This document shows positions 8,233 through 14,255 of a stretch of DNA of 17,098 nt, one piece after another. The DNA comes from an uncultured bacterium (lineage in GTDB: Bacteria; Lernaellota; Lernaellaia; Lernaellales; Lernaellaceae): positions 1 through 17,098 of the forward strand of contig CAZHPN010000136.1 in assembly GCA_964534375.1 (NCBI GenBank). Direction: 5' to 3'. Under the pieces are notes generated by a model. It ran no database searches. It saw only the letters and a list, made by a program, of their open reading frames with translations, and was not told where the DNA came from. Position 1 is the stretch's first letter, and each line of letters starts with the position of its first letter. The position numbers and the translations under genes are program-made.

Positions 8233-9429
8233 TCAATCGACCTTGTTTCGCGGCGTTTCGCGGCGCCGATACGCGGCCATTTCGCGGTCGGCCTCGGCGA
8301 GGATCGTTTGCATCGACCGCGGCGCCGCGTCGCCGTGGACGCAGCCGCAGCCAATGCATTGGCGCGCGCCGCGAATCGGGAACTTGTCGCAAGGCAACAG
8401 GCGGCCCGCGGCGTCGACGCGCCGGCCGTGTACGGCGTCGTTGGGGATGAGCGATTGCTCGGAGCCGCCCTGGTAATGCCAGTTGGTCAGCACGCAGCCG
8501 CCGGCGTTCTCCGGCGTCGGGCACGAACAAATGCAATAGGGCGTGTCGAAGAATTTCATCGCCGAAAAGACGATGCCTTTGGCCAGGTAGAAGGTCGTCG
8601 CCAGTTCGAAGGCCAGTTCCTTGTGCAAGACGAACGACTTGCGATTGGCGTGCAACGACCGAATCCAGGTGGGCGAGTACTTGTCGGCGAGAACGGGCAG
8701 AAATTCCCAATCCGGGTAGGTCGATGCCAGCAACGTCTCCAGCCTGTATTCCGGCGACCCGGCGGCGCGCCCGGCGGCGAGCCGCGCGAACATCTCCCGG
8801 TAGCGCGGCGCGGTATCGGGCAGCGCGCCGTGCGCCTCGATCAGCGCGTCGTAGCGCCCCATGATCCGGTCGAGCAGCAGGCGGTTGTCCGCGTCGGAGG
8901 CGATCGTAAACACGCGGCCGTCGTCGCGGAGCAGGTCGTCCGCCACCTTCGCGCTGCGGCAGGTGCAGTGGCCCATGAACACCAGCGGCGAATCGAGCAG
9001 ATCGCGCCACACGGCTTGCAGCGGCACGACGCGGCCGTTGAGAATGTACTCCAAGCCGATCTCGCGCAGGCGGGCGAACACCTCGCCCGGCATCGCGGCG
9101 ACCCACCACGGCGCGAGCACGAGCAACTCGTGGATGACCGGCGTCGTCATTTCGCGCCGCCAGAGCAGGTAATCGCCGATCGCGTCCGCCATGCGCCGCG
9201 CGACCGAGCGGTTGACCGCCGGCGGCGAGTCCTCGACGATCGCCCGGTACAGGCCTTCGAGCAGAGTTTTCTTCTCGACGCCGGCCAGTTCGCGCGGCAG
9301 GCTCTCCGGATTGGCGCGCAGCCGCACATCTTTGATCCGTTCGACCAGGTTTCGGATTTCGTTCACCGCCATCGGCAGCCGCCGGCGCAGTTCCAGTTCT
9401 TCCGGACTTTCAAATTCGTGATTGGTCAA
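8233..9429 (-). CDS. Cysteine-rich hypothetical protein, probable Fe-S or metal-binding
   Basis: Motifs GRVVPL...MGHCTCRS, KGIVF...YCICSC...GGCV, and C-terminal PCDKF...CIGCGC. GAGG RBS supports the TTG start at 9429; the ORF-track start at 9462 lies inside a repeat element. Confidence 0.7.
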   Translation of the reverse strand: MTNHEFESPEELELRRRLPMAVNEIRNLVERIKDVRLRANPESLPRELAGVEKKTLLEGLYRAIVEDSPPAVNRSVARRMADAIGDYLLWRREMTTPVIHELLVLAPWWVAAMPGEVFARLREIGLEYILNGRVVPLQAVWRDLLDSPLVFMGHCTCRSAKVADDLLRDDGRVFTIASDADNRLLLDRIMGRYDALIEAHGALPDTAPRYREMFARLAAGRAAGSPEYRLETLLASTYPDWEFLPVLADKYSPTWIRSLHANRKSFVLHKELAFELATTFYLAKGIVFSAMKFFDTPYCICSCPTPENAGGCVLTNWHYQGGSEQSLIPNDAVHGRRVDAAGRLLPCDKFPIRGARQCIGCGCVHGDAAPRSMQTILAEADREMAAYRRRETPRNKVD

Positions 9430-9448
9430 GATGGCCTCATTAGGTTTG

Positions 9449-9520
9449 CACCACAGAGGCACAGAGGAAACAGAGATTTCGATGTAAGGTCCTCTCCGTG
9501 TTCTCTGTGGCTCTGCGGTT
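9449..9520. repeat. REP-like imperfect palindrome built of CACAGAG/CTCTGTG units
   Basis: Left arm CACCACAGAGGCACAGAGGAAACAGAG, right arm CTCCGTGTTCTCTGTGGCTCTGCGGTT. Related half-elements at 3053-3091 and 11592-11620. Confidence 0.8.
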
Positions 9521-9571
9521 CATTCTTTATTCATTATCCCAAGCGCAGCGCGGGATTTCCCATTTCGCGGC

Positions 9572-10966
9572 TTATTGGTAGTCGAGCCCTTTTTTCTTCA
9601 GTTTTTCGACGAGCGTCGTGCGTTTCAGGCCCAGCAGTTGGGCCGCGAGGTTCTTGTTGCCGCGCGCCTTCGCCATCGCCGCGGCAATCAGGCGGTTCTC
9701 GAAATCGTCGACCAGGCCGTTGAAATCGACGCCGGCCTCCGGAATCTCGGCCGCCTCGCCCGCGGGATCGATCTTCGCAGCCAGGTATTTTTCCGGCAGA
9801 TCGCCGAGCGCGATGCGGTCGTCCTCCGCCAGGATCACGAGGCGTTCGATCAGGTTCTCCAGTTCGCGGACATTTCCCGGCCACTCGCACCGCCGGAAGA
9901 CATCCAGCAGTTCCGGGCCGAATGGCCGCAATTTGCGATGGCGCAGGCGGCAGAAATTCTCCAGAAAGTAATTGGCCAGCAGCGGGATGTCATCGAGGCG
10001 CTCGCGCAACGGCGGAATGGCGATCGGAATCACCGACAGCCGATAGTACAAATCTTCGCGGAACTTGCCCTGCGCGACCAAATCCTCCAGGCGGCGGTTG
10101 GTGGCGGCGATCACGCGCACGTCGACCTTCTTCGCGCGATTGGCGCCGACGGGCTCGAACTCATGGGATTGCAACACACGCAGCAGCTTGACCTGCAGCG
10201 CCGGGCTCATGTCGCCGATTTCGTCGAGGAACAGCGTCCCGCCGGCCGCGGCCTCGAACCGCCCGATGCGGTTGGTCGTCGCGCCGGTGAACGCGCCCCG
10301 CATGTGGCCGAACAGTTCGGACTCCAGCAGCGTTTCGGGCAGCGCGCCGCAGTTGACCGGCACGAGATAGCGTTCGCGCCGCTTCGAGTTGAAGTGCAGC
10401 GCGCGCGCCACCAGTTCCTTGCCCGTGCCCGACTCGCCCTGAATCAGCACGGTCGAATCGGTGTCGGCGACCTTTTCGATCAGGCGAAACACTTCCTGCA
10501 TCGGCCGCGAATCGCCCACCATGTTTTCGAAGCGGTATTTCTGCCGCAGTTGCGTCTTGAGCGTGACGTTTTCTTGCAGCAGTTCCTGGTAGCGCAGGGC
10601 GCGGTGCAGAACGATCAGCAGTTCTTCGACGCGGAACGGATGCGTCAGGTAGTCGAAGGCCCCGTTTTGCATCGCCTGCACCGCCGCCGGGGCCGCGCCG
10701 GCATCGGCCACGACCACGATCATCGTGCGCGGCGCAATCGTCTTGAATTCGCGCACCAGGTCGAGGCCGGCGGCTTGCGGCGACCGCAGGTCGGCGATCA
10801 CCAGTTCGCAAAGATGCGCGCGAAACGCGTCGAGCGCCTCGGCGCAATCGCCCGATTCGACGACGAGAAACCCCTCGCCCGCAAGATGCCGGCGCAACTC
10901 CGCGTTTTCGGCGCAATCGCCGCCGACCAGTTGAATCGTGGCCCGGCGCGATTCCGTCATCGCCAT
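9572..10966 (-). CDS. Sigma-54-dependent transcriptional activator (receiver-like + AAA+ + Fis-type HTH), FleQ/FlrA-like
   Basis: GESGTGKE Walker A, ESELFGH, GAFTGA, LFLDEIGDM Walker B, FREDLYYRL, WPGNVRELEN, and HTH AAQLLGLKRTTLVEKLKK. Start is ATG 10966 or 10960. Confidence 0.93.
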   Translation of the reverse strand: MAMTESRRATIQLVGGDCAENAELRRHLAGEGFLVVESGDCAEALDAFRAHLCELVIADLRSPQAAGLDLVREFKTIAPRTMIVVVADAGAAPAAVQAMQNGAFDYLTHPFRVEELLIVLHRALRYQELLQENVTLKTQLRQKYRFENMVGDSRPMQEVFRLIEKVADTDSTVLIQGESGTGKELVARALHFNSKRRERYLVPVNCGALPETLLESELFGHMRGAFTGATTNRIGRFEAAAGGTLFLDEIGDMSPALQVKLLRVLQSHEFEPVGANRAKKVDVRVIAATNRRLEDLVAQGKFREDLYYRLSVIPIAIPPLRERLDDIPLLANYFLENFCRLRHRKLRPFGPELLDVFRRCEWPGNVRELENLIERLVILAEDDRIALGDLPEKYLAAKIDPAGEAAEIPEAGVDFNGLVDDFENRLIAAAMAKARGNKNLAAQLLGLKRTTLVEKLKKKGLDYQ

Positions 10967-11029
10967 TGTGGTCGACCCTGGTTCATTTTCCCGTTTCTTC
11001 GCCAGTGACGCGGCGGAGATTAGCAAAGC

Positions 11030-11043
11030 GTCGGAAGTTTGAC
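11030..11043. promoter_or_regulatory. Putative GTC-N8-GAC box upstream of the activator
   Basis: GTCGGAAGTTTGAC, same spacing as the box at 8111-8124. Confidence 0.4.
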
Positions 11044-11126
11044 AAGGAAAAACTGATCGAATTCGCGAAGTTTCCGCAACGCTCAACAAATGGCGGTCTT
11101 GAAATAACGGAACGGCATTTGGTGTC

Positions 11127-11140
11127 GTCAATTTTTTGTC
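11127..11140. promoter_or_regulatory. Putative FleQ-type box upstream of the activator
   Basis: GTCAATTTTTTGTC, one mismatch from GTCAA-N4-TTGAC. Confidence 0.5.
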
Positions 11141-11169
11141 TAAATCGGTCCGGCGTTTCTGAATGCCGC

Positions 11170-11198
11170 TTGACCAGCCCATAAGCTCACGATATAGT
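11170..11198 (+). promoter_or_regulatory. Sigma-70-type promoter of the HesB-like gene
   Basis: TTGACC-N17-TATAGT, 30 nt upstream of the ATG at 11229. Confidence 0.75.
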
Positions 11199-11228
11199 GA
11201 CAACGCTACATGCGAAAGGGAACGCCTC

Positions 11229-11564
11229 ATGCCGAATGTCGACCTCAAACCACTGTCCGTCGTCGTCACCCCGGCCGCCTGCGACGAATTTCGCCACGTC
11301 CTCGCCGAGCCAGGACGCGCGGGCAAAACCATCCGCCTCACGTTTGCCGGCTTCAGTTGAGGCGGGCCCAAACTGGGCCTGGCTCTGGACGAGTCAAACG
11401 ACGCGGAGATCATTTACCGGGAAAACGGTCTGACGATCCTCGGCGACGCCCGCCTTCAGGAACAAGTTCGCAACGGCGGCGGCGTGACCATCGATTTCGC
11501 CCCCGACGGCCGGCGCGGCCGCGGGTTCGTCATTTCGCTGCGGGACGCCGCGGGGTGCTGCTGA
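11229..11564 (+). CDS. IscA/HesB-like protein, probable selenoprotein (in-frame UGA at 11358-11360)
   Basis: Readthrough gives 111 aa: MPNVDLKPLSVVVTPAACDEF...IRLTFAGFS-U-GGPKLGLALDESND...GVTIDF...GFVISLRDAAGCC. U sits at the position of the conserved first Cys of the HesB G-x-C-x-G motif. AAAGGGA RBS and an upstream promoter are present. Confidence 0.88.
11361..11395 (+). promoter_or_regulatory. Candidate bacterial SECIS element
   Basis: Stem-loop GGCTC-TGGAC-GAGTC (11381-11395), loop starting 25 nt after the UGA with G at loop position 2. A second hairpin GGCCCA-AAC-TGGGCC lies just before it. Confidence 0.6.
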
Positions 11565-11591
11565 GCCCGACATTTTCGGCATGATTTTGTA

Positions 11592-11696
11592 CACCGCAGA
11601 GGTCGCAGAGGACGCCGAGGATGGGCGCGTTGGGCGTCGTTCTCGGGACAAACGGCGTCAGCGAACCGGTCACTGTCGACTGACCACTGACCGCTG
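11592..11696. repeat. Short periodic repeats between convergent genes
   Basis: 9-mers CCGCAGAGG/TCGCAGAGG/ACGCCGAGG (11594-11620) and heptamers CACTGTC GACTGAC CACTGAC CGCTG (11671-11696). Confidence 0.65.
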
Positions 11697-11699
11697 TCT

Positions 11700-12185
11700 T
11701 TAGCAGTTCTTGATCTTCGCCACCGTCTGCGTCGTCGACCGGCCAGGCACGAGCGGAAAGCGGATAACTTTGCCGCCGTACGACTCGACGACCTCGCGGC
11801 CCACGACCTGATCGGGGCCCCAGTCGCCGCCCTTCATCAAGACATCCGGACGAATCGCCTCGATCGCGGCCAACGGCGTAGAATCGTCGAAGATCGTCAC
11901 GAAGTCGACGGCGTCGAAAGCCGCGAGCAGTTCGGCGCGTTCCTGCTCGGGATGAATCGGCCGGTCGGCGCCTTTTTCCAGCGTGCGGACCGAACGGTCG
12001 GAATTGATTGCCACGATCAGCAGGTCGCCTGCCGCCTTGGCCGCCTCCAGCAGGCGCACGTGGCCGACGTGCAGCACATCGAAGCAGCCGTTGGTGAAGG
12101 TCACTTTTTTTCCGGCGCGGCGCGCTTCGGCCAGGCGGCCCGGCAACGCGGCGACGGGAACGAGCTTGTCGGTTCGGTATTTCAT
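11700..12185 (-). CDS. rfaE2: D-glycero-beta-D-manno-heptose 1-phosphate adenylyltransferase (standalone RfaE domain II)
   Basis: FTNGCFDVLHVGHV (HxGH), AINSDRSV, KGADRPI, PDVLMKGGDW, GRSTT. Confidence 0.95.
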   Translation of the reverse strand: MKYRTDKLVPVAALPGRLAEARRAGKKVTFTNGCFDVLHVGHVRLLEAAKAAGDLLIVAINSDRSVRTLEKGADRPIHPEQERAELLAAFDAVDFVTIFDDSTPLAAIEAIRPDVLMKGGDWGPDQVVGREVVESYGGKVIRFPLVPGRSTTQTVAKIKNC

Positions 12186-12189
12186 AGCC

Positions 12190-13203
12190 TTAGGGGTAAT
12201 AAATGACTAGTTGGATGGAATGCGTGAAGTCTCTGACGTGATCTACGCTGCCCTGGAACGAGTAGCCGATCGTGCCGTGTTTGTCGACGAAACCGAGGCC
12301 GACCGAGTACATTCGCGCGCCGGAAATCTCGTCGTAGTTGAAACCGCCGCGCAACGACAGCAGTTTGACGATGACGCCCTCGGCGCCGGCCGCAAACACA
12401 AACGTCCCCTTCGGCTGATAAAGCGGGCCGTTGAGTTTTTTCAAGCCGTCGAACACCTTGGTCACTTCCAAGCTGACTGTGGCGTAGTCCATCACGTAGC
12501 CGGCGACGCCCAGCGCCACTTCGCGCCGGACCACCAACGGCTCGTCGTTGCCCAGCAGGTTGCGCCCGGTCAGGCCGACTTTGATCAGGTTGATCGCGTT
12601 GATCAACATGCCCACGTCAAAATCGAACTTGCCTTTGCCGGTCGGATCGAAATTCACCCAGCGCGCCGTCCCGCCGAAGTTCACGATGTTGGCGAAGCCG
12701 CCGGCCGCGGACAAGTCGGCCTGAAAGTCGGTGCCGTGTTTGAACAACTGGTTGGACGGGTCTTGGGTCGTGAACGCCGCGCCGACGGCGACCAGAGGGT
12801 TGACGTAGCCATCGGCGATGGCGAGGTGATACCAATCTTCGCTGAATTTCTTGTTCGCGGGCGCGGTGGGGGTCGTGTTGTTGAAATAGCCGTTGCCGAA
12901 TTCGTTGCTCGATGTTTTCTGAATCAGTTGCGGTTGCAAATAAGGGAAATCGCCGAACAGGTACTGATGGTATTCGTAGTTGATATCGAACCCCATCTGC
13001 TTGTTTTTCGTCAAGGTCGTCAGGCCCGCCGGGTTCCATTCGATCGCGTCCACGTCGTTCGCCACGGCCGTGAACGCCCCGCCCATGCCGATCGGTCTCG
13101 TGCCCCAATACATCTGCGCGTCCGCCGCGCCGACGCCGGCGAGCAAAAACGCCGCAACCAGCGCAAACAGGAGCACTCCGCTTTTTTCCCTATCGACAAA
13201 CAT
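12190..13203 (-). CDS. Outer-membrane beta-barrel protein (PorV/PorQ, UPF0164, FadL/TraF-like plug motif)
   Basis: Signal peptide ending ADA. N-terminal RPIGMGGAFTAVANDVDAIEWNPAGL plug motif, amphipathic beta-strands (LSLRGGFNY, YSVGLGF). Start is ATG 13203 or TTG 13212. Stop lies 4 nt before rfaE2. Confidence 0.8.
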   Translation of the reverse strand: MFVDREKSGVLLFALVAAFLLAGVGAADAQMYWGTRPIGMGGAFTAVANDVDAIEWNPAGLTTLTKNKQMGFDINYEYHQYLFGDFPYLQPQLIQKTSSNEFGNGYFNNTTPTAPANKKFSEDWYHLAIADGYVNPLVAVGAAFTTQDPSNQLFKHGTDFQADLSAAGGFANIVNFGGTARWVNFDPTGKGKFDFDVGMLINAINLIKVGLTGRNLLGNDEPLVVRREVALGVAGYVMDYATVSLEVTKVFDGLKKLNGPLYQPKGTFVFAAGAEGVIVKLLSLRGGFNYDEISGARMYSVGLGFVDKHGTIGYSFQGSVDHVRDFTHSIQLVIYYP

Positions 13204-13478
13204 GCGTGGCAACCTAGCGAACTTGCGTCACGGTGTCAAATTATGGACACTCGCTACGCTGCGAAGATTCAGAAATCCGCATGTCGCGGTGTTTTTAACC
13301 GCAAACGAAGCGGGATTTGTTTTTTTGTTTTTTTTACCGCGAATGCACGCGAACAAGAACGGATAAGCATTGATTGACCGTCCGATCGTGCCGCTTCGCC
13401 TGCATTAGCGGTTCCATTTCTTTCTCTAATCATTCCGGCCATCCATTCTCATTCGCCGTTCCTGCTCGGTCTGCCGCT

Positions 13479-13510
13479 TTCTGACTTCTGACTTCTGGCT
13501 TCTGGCTCCT
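13479..13510. repeat. Heptamer tandem repeat
   Basis: TTCTGAC TTCTGAC TTCTGGC TTCTGGC TCCT just upstream of the tRNA promoter. Confidence 0.8.
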
Positions 13511-13527
13511 TGGCCCGCCACGTTCTG

Positions 13528-13556
13528 TTGACACCGCCATAAGCCCGTGCTAGGAA
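13528..13556 (+). promoter_or_regulatory. Sigma-70-type promoter of the tRNA
   Basis: TTGACA-N17-TAGGAA with TG at the extended -10 position. Confidence 0.6.
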
Positions 13557-13585
13557 AAAGGCCCTTTTTTGTTCTTTTGCAGCGT

Positions 13586-13659
13586 GCGGCTGTAGCTCAG
13601 CTGGATAGAGCGCCGGACTACGAATCCGTCGGCCGGGGGTTCAAATCCCTCCAGCCGCG
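13586..13659 (+). tRNA. tRNA-Arg (anticodon ACG)
   Basis: Acceptor stem GCGGCTG/CAGCCGC, D arm GCTC-AGCTGGATA-GAGC, anticodon loop CT-ACG-AA, T arm GGGGG-TTCAAAT-CCCTC, discriminator G. CCA is not encoded. Confidence 0.97.
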
Positions 13660-13665
13660 CACCTC

Positions 13666-13702
13666 AAAAGCCCTGAAAAACACGAGTTTTCAGGGCTTTT
13701 TT
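13666..13702 (+). terminator. Intrinsic terminator after the tRNA
   Basis: AAAAGCCCTGAAAA-ACACGAG-TTTTCAGGGCTTTT followed by a T-rich run. Confidence 0.85.
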
Positions 13703-13810
13703 CTTATCTTTTGATTTTCTCCCCGGAGGTCAAAAAATGGCTAAAAGGCGCCAAAAATGGCGCTGCCTTGTCAAACGCTTGGCAAACGAAAACGGGCCGG
13801 CGGAATCTTC

Positions 13811-13840
13811 TTGACACTATCTAACAGCTTCGTATATGGT
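13811..13840 (+). promoter_or_regulatory. Sigma-70-type promoter, predicted to give a leaderless mRNA
   Basis: TTGACA-N18-TATGGT, with 7 nt between the -10 and the ATG at 13848 and no SD sequence. Confidence 0.65.
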
Positions 13841-13847
13841 CCGCGCC

Positions 13848-14102
13848 ATGAACGGCGAACGCGAATTCTCTTTCGACGAAATGCTCGACACCGAACAGGC
13901 CGCCGATCTCGCCGGCGTGAAGCCCGTCGCAATCAGGCTCGCCATCAGCCAAGGGCGGCTGCGCTCGACGAAGCGCCGGGGCGCACGTTTCATCAGGCCC
14001 GACGATTTGCAAGCGTACATTGCGGCCAGCCGGAAGCTCACGCCAAAAGACCCGGCGCGCGCCGCGAAAAGCCGCGCCCGAAAATTAAAGGCAAAAAAAT
14101 AA
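13848..14102 (+). CDS. Small HTH_17 (excisionase/MerR-like) DNA-binding protein
   Basis: MLDTEQAADLAGVKPVAIRLAISQGRLRSTKRRGARFIRPDDLQAYI followed by a basic tail, 84 aa. Confidence 0.85.
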   Translation: MNGEREFSFDEMLDTEQAADLAGVKPVAIRLAISQGRLRSTKRRGARFIRPDDLQAYIAASRKLTPKDPARAAKSRARKLKAKK

Positions 14103-14255
14103 CGGAACGTCGAGTGCGTCGATCGGGCGCGGCAATCTTCGCCGTCTCCGTTCCTTGCCTCGCGCGAACGCCGCTGGTAAGATCGTTTCGTCACCACGGG
14201 AATATGCTTTCTGGTCAGGGAAACGAATCCAGACTTCGGGGAGGCACGGAATCCT

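Noticed and set aside
8068..9723. Long alternative ORFs (e.g. 8068-9723 +, 9575-11008 +, 6242-7456 +, 3086-4051 +, 12211-13377 +, 4271-5467 +, 15222-16109 -)
   Set aside because: Antisense or off-frame shadows of well-supported genes in high-GC DNA, with Arg/Ala/Pro-rich translations and no family motifs.
9940..10545. FleQ-type c-di-GMP binding site in the activator
   Set aside because: The FleQ motifs as recalled (LFRS, R-N after Walker A, ExxxR) are not matched: the protein has RFEN, RA and YFLEN.
11020..11040. Possible sigma-54 promoter for the activator (minus strand …CGCTTTGCTA)
   Set aside because: The -12 TTGC is present, but the -24 position has TT instead of the invariant GG.
11358..11360. 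HesB-like gene as a nonsense pseudogene
   Set aside because: The UGA falls exactly on the conserved Cys position, downstream coding is intact and a SECIS-like hairpin follows, so selenocysteine recoding is more parsimonious.
10967..11413. 148-aa N-terminal extension of the activator in the ORF track
   Set aside because: It overlaps the divergent HesB-like gene and its promoter; the receiver-like domain begins right after ATG 10966/10960.
13700..14255. Integrase gene next to the tRNA
   Set aside because: No ORF with tyrosine- or serine-recombinase motifs is present; the island call rests only on context.
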